In this document: one piece after another, positions 1 to 10,347 of the stretch
Layout of the letters: every line of letters begins with the position of its first letter
Position numbering within the stretch: the stretch's first letter is position 1
Assembly (NCBI GenBank): GCA_963665815.1
Contig: OY762463.1
Span: 1,792,001 to 1,856,000 of the forward strand
Reading direction: 5' to 3'
DNA length: 64,000 nt
Source of the DNA: Candidatus Cloacimonadales bacterium
GTDB lineage: Bacteria; Cloacimonadota; Cloacimonadia; Cloacimonadales; JAIOQZ01
The notes under the pieces: generated by a model
What the model saw: only the letters and a program-made list of their open reading frames with translations
Databases searched by the model: none
Told to the model about the DNA's origin: nothing
Translations under genes and position numbers: made by a program

Positions 1-846
1 AGAATTATTGGATTCTTGTACACATAGCGCAGTATTGCAATTCAGAAATGATAAGTTTTCCACAACGAAACCAGCTGCCTGTTTACTGAAAACTTTGAAT
101 CCTAAAGAAGAATTAGATATAATGCCATTAGCTATAGGTCCTGTTACAGTGGCAAGTGAATCAATTACGAATTCACCAAAATCATTTACTTCATCAAACA
201 AAGTAGATGCTGTACTTAACATTCTGAAAGGATTACTCTTCGTTCCAAGACAACTAAACTCACCTTTTATCCTAACATTACTTCCACTTTTAATCTGAAG
301 CATTGCTCCTTCTTCAATAGAAAATTTAGTATTCGAGTCCATTGAAAATCCATAAACTGAAGTATAAAATCTATTTGCTTCAAGAGTAACATCCTCAGTA
401 ATTAAACCATATAAGTCAACAACTTCATGCATCACAATATCATCAAGAGTCTTTTCAGAATAAAGATCATAATCAATAAAATATCTAAAACCATAACCAT
501 CATGCTCAAAAACAATATTATATGTATCTTTAGGAACATCACTAAGACTGAAAGATCCATCTTCTGATGTAACAGTCTGATAGGCTGGGTCTAAAAATCT
601 GTGATCAAAAAAACTTTCTTCAGTCAATCCAGTACCTATGCCAGAGTTATTACTGACAATACTCTCATATTTTGAATCAAGACTTACCCTTGGGAAGAGC
701 ATTACCTTAACTCCGGCTCTGCTAACCACTGTGTCCGTATTGGGTATCAAATAGACACTGCCTGAGAAATTTGTTTTATTAGATTCATCAGGTCCACAAG
801 CTATAAGGATTATACTAATTAATATAAATAGAATATATTTCTTCAT
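1..846 (-). CDS. Secreted lipoprotein, partial (runs off the left edge); N-terminal beta-sandwich (carboxypeptidase-regulatory-like) region followed by a probable beta-helix
   Basis: Not in the ORF track. Manual translation from ATG at 846 (GGAGA RBS upstream) gives MKKYILFILISIILIAC-GPDES (lipobox), and the frame is open to position 1. Contains TVTSEDGSFSLSDVPKDTYNIVF. Confidence 0.75.
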   Translation of the reverse strand, partial: MKKYILFILISIILIACGPDESNKTNFSGSVYLIPNTDTVVSRAGVKVMLFPRVSLDSKYESIVSNNSGIGTGLTEESFFDHRFLDPAYQTVTSEDGSFSLSDVPKDTYNIVFEHDGYGFRYFIDYDLYSEKTLDDIVMHEVVDLYGLITEDVTLEANRFYTSVYGFSMDSNTKFSIEEGAMLQIKSGSNVRIKGEFSCLGTKSNPFRMLSTASTLFDEVNDFGEFVIDSLATVTGPIANGIISNSSLGFKVFSKQAAGFVVENLSFLNCNTALCVQESNNS

Positions 847-926
847 TTTATCTCCAGAATTTAATATGACTAATTATGAAATTAACCTACAAATATCGTC
901 AACAGAAAAATATTGTTATTCCGATA

Positions 927-2081
927 TTATAAACCTTTAATTCTTTTTATCTCATTTTTCATGATTTTGAAAAAGTCACCTACCCATTCAGGTTTATGAG
1001 AATATTCTTTATTGCTGAGGAAACTTGCATCCGAGTCCGGATGATCAGGAGAAAAACCATGCATTCCCGGCAAAGCTTTAAGCCCCATATCTGAGGGCGC
1101 AATCTGTACCCCGGGGTTAGTCAGGAAGTACAGTTCTCCATACATGTTATCCTCAAAATATACACCATAGTCCTTCTTTTCCTGCCTGGTCAGGATTTTA
1201 CCTTCAGTGATTTTAGAAAGCTTTCTGGTAATCATATTCTCAGCAATACTATTGAAAAACCAGAATCTGGCAATCGTTGAATCATATACTGCTACATAAT
1301 CTGTTCCGAATTTGAGAGGAAGGCTATCAATAGTTTTCTTCAAGTCAAGTGTTTCGGTAAGAGTTGTCATTCCATGATCAGAAATTACATGAAAAACAAC
1401 TTTATGGTAATTTTCATTCGCAATTTTCAAGATTTCTTCAATATGGTTCCGATACCAGTCCAGCTTCTCTTTGACTTCAGAACCATCCTTAGTAACCATA
1501 TGCTGAAGTCCATCAAGAGCAGCAGTATAAAGAAATGCAAAATTAATTCCACTATCCCTTAGTGCTTGTTTCATTTGTTCTATATTCTCAGATTCTGAAA
1601 GTCTCCAGTTTGAGATATGATAGTTCATTCCATTTTCTTCAAGTACATCTGCCAGATTAGGAACAGGTGCAAGCCCACCTGGAACAAACAAGTCTTTTTT
1701 TTCTATATAATCAAAGTAATGAATCCTATCGAATGGCATAGAATACATTTCAAAGTATCCGGTAAACTTGTTTATTCTGGCGACAATTTTTGACAAAAGA
1801 TGCCTTATTCTCCATCTATCAAGAAATTGCGGCATAAGCTTCATAGGTAAGTATCTTAAAAAGCTGAAAGGACTATCCTTGGGATTGTAATAATAGAAAC
1901 TCAGGTGTTTGTGGGTAACCGGTCTTTCCCCTGTCAATATTGTTGGAATAGCTGTACAAGAATATCCGAACTGCATTTTAACAGAGTTCTGATGAGGGAG
2001 GATATCCTTCAGGAAGTTGTGCTTTTTAACAGTTTCCCAACCAAGTGCGTCTATGAACATGAAAATTGAGACTTCTTTCAT
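927..2081 (-). CDS. Alkaline-phosphatase superfamily protein (nucleotide pyrophosphatase/phosphodiesterase-like)
   Basis: Motifs FIDALGW, PTILTG, LDGLQH, ISDHGMT and GMHGF. ATG at 2081 follows a GGAGA RBS (ORF track starts at 2105). Confidence 0.8.
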   Translation of the reverse strand: MKEVSIFMFIDALGWETVKKHNFLKDILPHQNSVKMQFGYSCTAIPTILTGERPVTHKHLSFYYYNPKDSPFSFLRYLPMKLMPQFLDRWRIRHLLSKIVARINKFTGYFEMYSMPFDRIHYFDYIEKKDLFVPGGLAPVPNLADVLEENGMNYHISNWRLSESENIEQMKQALRDSGINFAFLYTAALDGLQHMVTKDGSEVKEKLDWYRNHIEEILKIANENYHKVVFHVISDHGMTTLTETLDLKKTIDSLPLKFGTDYVAVYDSTIARFWFFNSIAENMITRKLSKITEGKILTRQEKKDYGVYFEDNMYGELYFLTNPGVQIAPSDMGLKALPGMHGFSPDHPDSDASFLSNKEYSHKPEWVGDFFKIMKNEIKRIKGL

Positions 2082-2152
2082 ATGTGACTTCTCCATGCTT
2101 TTCAACCTTCAAGCTCGGATCACGCATTTAATCCTGCATAAAGGAATATAAA

Positions 2153-2179
2153 TTAAAAGGGTAGCATTTCTGCTACCCT
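2153..2179 (-). terminator. Rho-independent terminator after the LruC-domain gene
   Basis: Minus strand reads AGGGTAGCA-GAAA-TGCTACCCT followed by TTTAATT (9-bp perfect stem). Confidence 0.8.
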
Positions 2180-2201
2180 GTATATTGATTATTGTTAGAT
2201 A

Positions 2202-4202
2202 TTAAGGTAAGATATCCGGAGTATAAAGAAGTGTAGGATCTACATTTCCTTCATGAGGTAAATACCAGTCCGGATGGTTTGCACCATTACTTTCAGCCCA
2301 ATCTTTAAAGTAGATATAAGCACCGGTAATAGATGCTCTTTCTTCAGGATAATTCCACCAGATACCTACGAGATCAAGAGCCCAAGGCAGGTTAGTTGCT
2401 GTCTTGTAGTATCTTCCCTGCGCAAGATCTGAATCATCATGTTTTGTTCTGAATAATGAATCGGCAACCATAGTTGTTGGAGGCATATCTGCAAAGTGAA
2501 CTTCTATTTCTTCCTGAAGTAATTCAGGATAATTCAAACTCTCAACGAAAATGAATGGATTGTAAGGTACACCATATTCGAACAATGATGACTCTACAGG
2601 ATTATCAAACTGGATTGCAAACTTAACTTGCTTTCCTGCAGGATCAAGATATGGTTCGTCGTTTTCTGTATTAAACATACCATTGGTATTGAATACTTCG
2701 TGTGTACTATCGAACACTTTTACAACGTACTTTTGAAGTCCTGAAATTGGAGAAGGACTACCAGTCATAGCAGTAAAGGTCAAACCTGAACCGTCAAATG
2801 GGAATTCAACTGCAAAACCATCTTTATAGCTTGCGCCTGAAGCCTGAAGATGATATTCAGGAATGATTGCAAGAAGTTGAGAGCTGGCATTTGAGATTTG
2901 CTTGATGTCATAATAAATAACAACGTCATTAAAGTCATAGTCACCTTTTGATGGCCATAAATCTTCAAACACATGAGTTCCGAAGTATGATGTAATATAT
3001 GCTCTTGTTCCATCATCCGGGAAGTCATCAAGAACATCAGGAACATTGTCACCATCGGTGTCATCATTTTCATCTTCAGGATTGAAGATTGCATATTCAT
3101 CTGATGATGGAGGTACAGCTTTAACCTGGAACAATACATCGTTGAAATCCTGATCCCCACCAGGTCTCAAAATATCTTCAAAACCAAGTATAAGAGATTG
3201 AGAATCCTCATCCCAGAGAAGTACATTGTGGCGTTGATAGTCCACAACTGATTGTGGATTCCAGAAAGGATTAGTATAAATCAACTGAGCTGTCTCATCA
3301 ACAGGGTTAGTCTGATTGGCTGTCCAGCCGTCCTGAGCTATAAAGAACCCCACTGTTTGACCGGAATCGAATTGACCAATATAGAGACTATCACCAGGTA
3401 TAAGATCTCCACCGCTTCCAGGTCTGGAAACGTTAGGGAAGATGATTGTTTTTGCAAGGTTAGTTGGTACTGTAGGGGCACTGCCTGTCGGATATGTATA
3501 GTATCCGAGTGCATTCTGATATCCAGCACCTTCGTATACGAATTTGACCCAGACAACAGTATTATCTTCATTGATAACAACTTCTGATTCCATAGCTGTA
3601 TCAATATAACGATCTCTGACTCTTCTTCCTTCAGGAAGTTTACTGTTTATTGTTCTGATAAGTTCAGAAGAAACACTTCCACGTTGTATGTCAGAAGGAA
3701 CACCTTGTTCACTCATTGTACTATCGACCCAGGCAAATGCAGTCTGTCCAACAGTAAAATCTGAACGAGATCCCATTGTTAATCTGTTATAGCTACCACC
3801 GAATGTACAATTAATTGCGTTACCGGTAATATCTATAACCTTTGTTTCCATGAAACCACGAACTGAAGCTCGTGATACATAAGATGGAAGATAGACTTTG
3901 CCGGTTATCTGACCGGAGTCATCTGTCATTCCTTTAAATATAATCATTTCACCAGTTGAACCATCACTACTGACAGAATCAGCAATAATTTCAAGATAAA
4001 TGTTTTCTAAAGCATTGTTAGAGAAATCCATTACTTGAAGATTCACAGCAACTTCTCTTTTTGTACTGTAATCAAAGTTTGGATCGACCTGTAAATCTTC
4101 GATATTAACCTCTGGTGTTCCATCACTATTGCTTGTGGAAGAATCACAAGCAGTAAACAACACTGTAAGAGCTATTAATGCGACGATTAAATAATATCTC
4201 AT
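2202..4202 (-). CDS. LruC-domain (DUF4842) / DUF4114 surface lipoprotein
   Basis: Lipobox LFTAC. Motifs LGFEDILRPGGDQDFNDVLF, DTDGDNVPDVLDDFPDD, FEDLWPSKGDYDFNDVV and C-terminal PWAL...F.DWAESNG. ATG at 4202 follows GGAGG (track start 4262 is probably too long). Confidence 0.85.
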   Translation of the reverse strand: MRYYLIVALIALTVLFTACDSSTSNSDGTPEVNIEDLQVDPNFDYSTKREVAVNLQVMDFSNNALENIYLEIIADSVSSDGSTGEMIIFKGMTDDSGQITGKVYLPSYVSRASVRGFMETKVIDITGNAINCTFGGSYNRLTMGSRSDFTVGQTAFAWVDSTMSEQGVPSDIQRGSVSSELIRTINSKLPEGRRVRDRYIDTAMESEVVINEDNTVVWVKFVYEGAGYQNALGYYTYPTGSAPTVPTNLAKTIIFPNVSRPGSGGDLIPGDSLYIGQFDSGQTVGFFIAQDGWTANQTNPVDETAQLIYTNPFWNPQSVVDYQRHNVLLWDEDSQSLILGFEDILRPGGDQDFNDVLFQVKAVPPSSDEYAIFNPEDENDDTDGDNVPDVLDDFPDDGTRAYITSYFGTHVFEDLWPSKGDYDFNDVVIYYDIKQISNASSQLLAIIPEYHLQASGASYKDGFAVEFPFDGSGLTFTAMTGSPSPISGLQKYVVKVFDSTHEVFNTNGMFNTENDEPYLDPAGKQVKFAIQFDNPVESSLFEYGVPYNPFIFVESLNYPELLQEEIEVHFADMPPTTMVADSLFRTKHDDSDLAQGRYYKTATNLPWALDLVGIWWNYPEERASITGAYIYFKDWAESNGANHPDWYLPHEGNVDPTLLYTPDILP

Positions 4203-4277
4203 ATAACCTCCATGAGTTCTTACTATATTTATTAAAATTTCGTTTAATTTCAGTAAACACAACTTTACTTATACCAT

Positions 4278-4305
4278 AATATATGAAGTCATACAATATT
4301 GTCAA
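4278..4305 (-). promoter_or_regulatory. Candidate sigma70-type promoter for the LruC gene
   Basis: TTGACA-16 nt-TATATT on the minus strand about 75 nt upstream of the start codon. Confidence 0.4.
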
Positions 4306-4695
4306 CTTTTCTGTGTGTTTATTCATTGGGCATTATCTTCACATTGCCAATTCAAGTATAAATGCCGGCTTAAGATTATATCCCGATACAATTTATATCA
4401 TTCGAAAAAAGTTCAACTCGCTTAGTTTCAATTCACTACTACTAAGTCAATTGTATTTCATAACAAAATCTTTTCCAATGTTTAATTAAGAGTTTAAGGT
4501 ATGTTCAAACATATAGGCATACTCTTGTATTGACAATGAATAAATTTATTTTTTTTAATACACCGCCTACTCTTTCCGGAATACCCCTTCCAGTATGGTT
4601 TTTCTTGACTTCAATATCTGACCGACAATATTAATGAACTTTTCCAAATCAGTCTCATCTCTCGCAGTTAAATTAAGAAATGGAGAATAAATACA

Positions 4696-5469
4696 TTGAG
4701 CACAACAAAAATCATGAGCTTCAACATTCGCTATGAAAATCATTATGATGTCAATAATTCATGGTCAGACAGAAAAGATTCCGTTATAAACCTGATCCTC
4801 AACCACAAACCCGACATACTTGGAATACAGGAAGCTCTTCCTAATCCATACGATTACATTAAATCTAATTTAACCCAATACAATAGTATCGGTGTAGGAA
4901 GAGAAGATGGCATCAATCAAGGTGAAAGAGCTGCTGTCTTTTTTTGCAAAAACAGATATACACTTCTGGATTCAAATAACATTTGGCTTTCTGAATCCAG
5001 TAAAATACCCTCAGTAGGCTGGGATGCCTGCACACAACGCATAGCAACTTACACCAAACTGCAAGATGAAACTGATAACAGCATTATAAATGTTTTCAAT
5101 ACCCATTTTGATCATGTAGGGAAAAAAGCCAGAATCGAATCAGCTCATTTAATAATCAACTACATTAAAGAAAAACAGATTGAGAACGAAAGAATTATAT
5201 TTATGGGAGATCTGAATTCATTTCCTGATTCTATAACAATAAACATTCTCAACAGCTTTTTCGATGATAGCAGTTCGATCAGCAGAATAAAACCGGAATG
5301 CGCCGGACCAACATATAATGATTTCTCGGAGTTACCGGAAAAACAAACACGTATTGATTATATCTTTACTCGAAATCTGGGTGTTGAGTCTTACAAAGTT
5401 ATAAAAACGAGAAGGGATAATAATAAATTCATCTCCGATCATTATCCGATAACCATTTCAGTTGAGTGA
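4696..5469 (+). CDS. Endonuclease/exonuclease/phosphatase (EEP) family protein
   Basis: Motifs MSFNIRY, DILGIQE, NTHFDH, MGDLN, RIDYIF and SDHYP. GGAGA RBS before a TTG start. Confidence 0.92.
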   Translation: MSTTKIMSFNIRYENHYDVNNSWSDRKDSVINLILNHKPDILGIQEALPNPYDYIKSNLTQYNSIGVGREDGINQGERAAVFFCKNRYTLLDSNNIWLSESSKIPSVGWDACTQRIATYTKLQDETDNSIINVFNTHFDHVGKKARIESAHLIINYIKEKQIENERIIFMGDLNSFPDSITINILNSFFDDSSSISRIKPECAGPTYNDFSELPEKQTRIDYIFTRNLGVESYKVIKTRRDNNKFISDHYPITISVE

Positions 5470-5699
5470 ATTGATTAATAATATAAGAAAATATTTTAAA
5501 CTTTGGAATAAATTATGCATTGATATTTTCAGGAAGACTTCAATTGGTTGAACGAATCTATAGATATTCACGGATTTAATCCGAACAATGCAATTTCTTG
5601 ACTATAACGGATCAATATTCTTAAAAGAGCTTTGCACAATTAAACGAGTTAAAGGGCTTCAATTGCGCAAAGATATTTCAGTTCTGAAGGGAGGAAGAA

Positions 5700-8600
5700 A
5701 TGAAAAAATTATTGACACTACTATTATTTGTAATCGTGTGCACAGGATTTGCTCAGGTGCCGTCTCTCGATATTGTCAGCCGCAGATCGTTTAAACCTGT
5801 TGAATTAAGAGAGTTGAATGTTGAGGTAGAAGTGGTCGGCAACATTGCAACAACAACCTATGACATGACATTCTATAACCCCAACCACAGCGAACTGGCT
5901 GGCATATTCTCCATGCCTCTTACAGAAGGACAGGAAATCTGCCGATATGCAATGGAGACCAGAGGTGAGTTACGCGAAGGTGTTGTTGTAGAAAAGGTCA
6001 AAGCCAGACAAACCTACGAAGCAGAAGTAAAACGCGGCAAAAATCCGGGGATCGTCAGCAAAACCAAAGGAAATTTCTTTAAGACAAAGGTCTACCCCAT
6101 CCCCAAGAAAGAAACTAAAAGAATAGTATTTGCCATTAGCCAGACACTGGATGGAGATGCAGACAACTATTTCTATTCATTACCTCTGGAGAATGGGCAG
6201 AGAATTAAGAAATTTGATCTTTCGATAAGAGTTGCGAACAGTGATGTAGTTCTGAAAGGCTTTCTTAATACACTTAAAAAGCTTGTTTACAGTAATGAAA
6301 AAGGCTATAGAGTTATCAAATACAGTGATAAGAAGTTCAAAGCCGACAAAACTCTGGAATTTGAGATTCCAAAATACAAAGACAATGATTATGCAGTATA
6401 TACAGGTGAATACGAAGGAGAAACCTACTTTTATGTTACAATGAAAGCTCCTGAACTTCAGGATACAAGAAAAAAGGCACCTTCAAGCGTTGCTGTCTTC
6501 TGGGATGTATCAAACTCAGGCTACAGAAGAAACCTGAGTGAAGAGCTTACTTTCCTGAGAGAATACCTGAAAATGCTTCCCGGTTCCACCAGAATAAGTG
6601 TTTCAGGGTTCAGTAATGACATCAACTATTACAAAGAGTTCAATGATTCGAAATCCGGACAGGAAATACTCGATTATATCAAAACATTCAGTTATGATGG
6701 GGGAACCAACCTCAACAATCTTGATCTGCCTGATGACTATGATGAAATCATCCTGTTCTCGGATGGCATCAACACAATCGGAGAAGAAAGTGCTCTTGAA
6801 AGTAGCAGACCTGTTTATACAGTTTCTTCTGCAGCAGGTAGCAACTATACATTCCTGCATAAAACAGCTGAAGCTTCTGACGGGGAATTCCTTAATCTCA
6901 GCAGATTCGGCATAGTATACTGTCTCAAAAAGATTACAACAGTCAGAAGAAAAAGCCTGTCATATAAAATCAAAAGCGGTGATGTATACTCAATATATCC
7001 AAAAATAAAAACAACTATTGATAAACACTTTGAATTCAGCGGAATTATTAGTTCTGACGAAGCAGAGATTGAAGTTGATTTCGGATCATCCAACGGAGAA
7101 AAAGTAACTCGATCAATCAAAATTAAAACGGAAAATAATGTACCTGTTCACAGAATCTGGGCAACAAAAAAAATGCACTTTCTGGAAAGAGATTATGATA
7201 CAAACAAAGATGAAATACTGAATCTCGGGCGAGAACATACAATCGTTACCCGAAATACATCATTGATAGTATTGAAAAGCATCTACGACTACAAGAAGCA
7301 TGGAATCCTTCCTCCTCCCGATATGCTGACATCCTACAATAAATATAGTTACGAAACAAAGGAGAAAACCACTGAGTCTAAAGCTCATTTACAAAAAAGA
7401 AACCTGCAATTATTGGAGAGACTTCTTAACTGGTATATTGATATTAATGATACTTCGAATAACCTTACAGATATTGATAATTTTCAAAATGACAATAATA
7501 AGACATATAAAGAGTACACAAATTCAAGATATCCTGGTGGACATGGATCATTATCAGGGGTGATTAAGGACAAAGATAAAGCAAATCTACAAGGAGTGTT
7601 TGTTCTCGTTAGAGATAATGGTGAACTAATTGGTCATACTCTGACAGATGAAAAGGGAGAGTATTGCGTTGATAACCTTCCAACTGGTCCATGCTCAGTA
7701 GAAATTAAAAAAATAGGTTACCAAAGCCTTATTTTTGACAATATCGCAATAACAGGCTCTAATGATATTTTAGATGCTAACCTTTCTATTCAAACCCTCA
7801 AATCGAATGTAATATGTATTAAAGGCAGTAGTTCCCCAAAAGGCAGTAGTTCCCCAGGATATAATGCTTCCGAAGATATTAAAAGTATAAACGACCTTAT
7901 AAGTCAGTCTCCCGGCACAATCACAGTAAGTGGTAAATCCCATGCACGTGGTGGAAGAGGCACTGAAACAAAGATTATGATAGATGGTATGCAGGCGAGT
8001 GATAATGTTGACGGAGGAGCAGCATTAGGTGTTTTTCCGAGTGGATCATATAAAAATCCATATGGTTATCAAACTTACGACGCATCCGATGACTCAGATA
8101 ATATCGACAAAGCACTAAATGCACAATCATTTGCAATGAATATAATAACAAGTAAAGATAATGAACATGAGGCATTCCTGATTGACATTGAAAATCTGGA
8201 GAAAGTTGATTTCAGTTCTGATAACCTCTATATTACCAAAGATAATGATGAACTGCTGAAGAACATGAAATACGATTATCAGAGAGAACGATATTTGAGT
8301 TCTCGAGCTGCTGGGTTGAAACTTATATCTTGGAATCAGGACAGTGTGTACACCCAACGATTACTTGCGGCAGAGCCTGATTCTCTCGGGAGAATCTATT
8401 TTAACTTCAAGAAAAATAATATGAACAATCCATTCTTTTACTATAACTCTTCCATGGTATTCGAACAGAGAGGATTGCCTGATGCTGCAAGAAGAATTCT
8501 TACCAATATGGTGGAAATTGATCTGGAAAATGCTGAATTGATCAGATTAGTCGCGAGACAGCTTCTAAGCATTAAAGATTACGATGGAGCTCTGGCTCTG

Positions 8601-9209
8601 TTTGATGAAGTAAGAGAGCTTAGACCGGAAGAACCTCAGTCATTACGCGATCTGGCACTTGCCAGTCAGGAAGCAGGTTATTATCAGCAGGCATTGAATC
8701 TGTTCATGCATATTATCAACAATGAGTGGAAAGATGAAAAAGATATTAAAACTATCGTGCTCAACGAAATGAATAATCTCATTTTCCTCCACAATGACAA
8801 AATAAGCGTCAAAGGGATAGACCCGATATTTATCAACTATATGCCTCTCGATGTCAGAATTGTACTTGAATGGAGTAGTAAAGATGCTGATGTTGACCTG
8901 ATTGTGATGGAACCTGGCGATGAGAAATGCTGTTTCTCCAACAGATACACCAAATCAGGTGGAAAAATGACTTCTGACATGTCAAGAGGATATGGTCCAG
9001 AGGAATATACAATACGTTATGCCCCAAAGGGAATGTTCAGGGTAAAAGTGAGGAACCTCACTGAAAAAAAATACTTAGAGAAGTCTGCGATTGTTGGATA
9101 TGCTTCTATCTACACAAAGTATGGCACTAATGATCAGACTGTGCAGAAACTGACATTCGAGCTGAAAGAACAGGGTGAATTACTGATGCTGGGGACAATA
9201 AATCCTTAG
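5700..9209 (+). CDS. Secreted VIT / vWA-like / TPR / DUF2135 protein with internal carboxypeptidase-regulatory-like and TonB-plug-like segments
   Basis: Signal peptide; VIT region (ATTTYDMTFYNP...REGVVVEKVKARQTYE); FWDVSNS...YDGGT...LFSDG; RPEEPQSLRDLAL; DVRIVLEW...DVDL...GYGPEEY. Confidence 0.85.
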   Translation: MKKLLTLLLFVIVCTGFAQVPSLDIVSRRSFKPVELRELNVEVEVVGNIATTTYDMTFYNPNHSELAGIFSMPLTEGQEICRYAMETRGELREGVVVEKVKARQTYEAEVKRGKNPGIVSKTKGNFFKTKVYPIPKKETKRIVFAISQTLDGDADNYFYSLPLENGQRIKKFDLSIRVANSDVVLKGFLNTLKKLVYSNEKGYRVIKYSDKKFKADKTLEFEIPKYKDNDYAVYTGEYEGETYFYVTMKAPELQDTRKKAPSSVAVFWDVSNSGYRRNLSEELTFLREYLKMLPGSTRISVSGFSNDINYYKEFNDSKSGQEILDYIKTFSYDGGTNLNNLDLPDDYDEIILFSDGINTIGEESALESSRPVYTVSSAAGSNYTFLHKTAEASDGEFLNLSRFGIVYCLKKITTVRRKSLSYKIKSGDVYSIYPKIKTTIDKHFEFSGIISSDEAEIEVDFGSSNGEKVTRSIKIKTENNVPVHRIWATKKMHFLERDYDTNKDEILNLGREHTIVTRNTSLIVLKSIYDYKKHGILPPPDMLTSYNKYSYETKEKTTESKAHLQKRNLQLLERLLNWYIDINDTSNNLTDIDNFQNDNNKTYKEYTNSRYPGGHGSLSGVIKDKDKANLQGVFVLVRDNGELIGHTLTDEKGEYCVDNLPTGPCSVEIKKIGYQSLIFDNIAITGSNDILDANLSIQTLKSNVICIKGSSSPKGSSSPGYNASEDIKSINDLISQSPGTITVSGKSHARGGRGTETKIMIDGMQASDNVDGGAALGVFPSGSYKNPYGYQTYDASDDSDNIDKALNAQSFAMNIITSKDNEHEAFLIDIENLEKVDFSSDNLYITKDNDELLKNMKYDYQRERYLSSRAAGLKLISWNQDSVYTQRLLAAEPDSLGRIYFNFKKNNMNNPFFYYNSSMVFEQRGLPDAARRILTNMVEIDLENAELIRLVARQLLSIKDYDGALALFDEVRELRPEEPQSLRDLALASQEAGYYQQALNLFMHIINNEWKDEKDIKTIVLNEMNNLIFLHNDKISVKGIDPIFINYMPLDVRIVLEWSSKDADVDLIVMEPGDEKCCFSNRYTKSGGKMTSDMSRGYGPEEYTIRYAPKGMFRVKVRNLTEKKYLEKSAIVGYASIYTKYGTNDQTVQKLTFELKEQGELLMLGTINP
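7821..7856 (+). repeat. Perfect in-frame 18-bp tandem duplication (KGSSSP x2)
   Basis: aaaggcagtagttcccca occurs twice in direct succession. Confidence 0.95.
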
Positions 9210-9225
9210 AAAACATATTGAACTT

Positions 9226-9256
9226 AAGCCATCTTTTTTCGGGGATGGCTTTTTTC
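9226..9256 (+). terminator. Rho-independent terminator after the VIT gene
   Basis: AAGCCATC...GATGGCTT stem followed by a T tract. Confidence 0.8.
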
Positions 9257-9451
9257 TTTGGCTGTACAGAATCTGCTCTGGCTGTAGGATAAATTATGAG
9301 AAAAGACTACTCTATTATAGCAAAGCTCTCAGATAATTATCTCCTCCTGGAAGACATTGTAGGGACACCAAAAAACAATTAATAAGCTTGACAGGATAGG
9401 CTTAGATTGAGTTGTGTGTTAAAAAACTATGTCAAATGAAATGGAGATTTT

Positions 9452-10339
9452 ATGACAAAAGGAATAGTACTGGCAGGAGGAGTTGGGAGTAGACTGTATC
9501 CAGTTACCAAAGTATACAGTAAACAGCTTGTTATGGTTTATGATAAACCTTTAATTTATTATCCGATCTCAATACTCATGCTTTCCGGTATAAAAGATAT
9601 CCTAATTATTACCGATGAAGATACAATTCCTTTATACAAAAAGCTATTTCATGATGGAAATCATATTGGGTTGAACATATCATATGAGATTCAGGAAGAA
9701 CCAAGAGGTATTGCAGAAGCATTCATCATTGGAGAAGATTTTATTGGCGACGACAGTGTTTTTCTTATTCTTGGAGACAACTTCTTTTACGGCAAGCTGG
9801 ATTTTCTTCGAGAAGCAGTAAAGCAGAATGATGGTGCTACAATTTTCGGATATCACGTTTCAAATCCTCGAAGATTTGGGGTGGTAGAGTTTGATGAAAA
9901 TGAAAATGTTATCAGTCTGGAAGAAAAACCTTCTGACCCTAAGTCTAATTATGCAGTTCCAGGAATATATGTTTATGACTCAAATGTTGTAAAGTATGCA
10001 AAACAGCTTTCACCATCTAAACGTGGAGAACTTGAGATAACTGATCTCAGCAGAATCTACATGAATCACGGAAAACTCAAATGCATCAAAACCGGTAGAG
10101 GGCTTGCCTGGTTAGATACCGGAACCCCAACTGCACTATTGAATGCATCGAGTTTCATTGGAGCAATTGAAGCTCGTCAAGGACTAAAAATAGCCTGTCT
10201 GGAAGAAATTGCCTTGAGAAATAATTTTATTACTATCGAACAGTTTTCAGATTTAATGAAAACTATTCCAGAGTGTAACTATAAAGAATATCTTCAAAAT
10301 CTGTCATCAGATACAGAATCTGGTTTCGATATTATTTAA
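9452..10339 (+). CDS. rfbA: Glucose-1-phosphate thymidylyltransferase
   Basis: KGIVLAGGVGSRLYPVT, SKQL..VYDKP, LGDN, LEEKP, SKRGELEITD, GRGLAWLDTGT. Confidence 0.95.
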   Translation: MTKGIVLAGGVGSRLYPVTKVYSKQLVMVYDKPLIYYPISILMLSGIKDILIITDEDTIPLYKKLFHDGNHIGLNISYEIQEEPRGIAEAFIIGEDFIGDDSVFLILGDNFFYGKLDFLREAVKQNDGATIFGYHVSNPRRFGVVEFDENENVISLEEKPSDPKSNYAVPGIYVYDSNVVKYAKQLSPSKRGELEITDLSRIYMNHGKLKCIKTGRGLAWLDTGTPTALLNASSFIGAIEARQGLKIACLEEIALRNNFITIEQFSDLMKTIPECNYKEYLQNLSSDTESGFDII

Positions 10340-10347
10340 GGACTAAA

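Noticed and set aside
4283-4489. 68-aa ORF in the divergent intergenic region, and similarly 5588..5794 and 50283..50471
   Set aside because: No RBS or recognisable motif, and they overlap promoter regions or ends of real genes.
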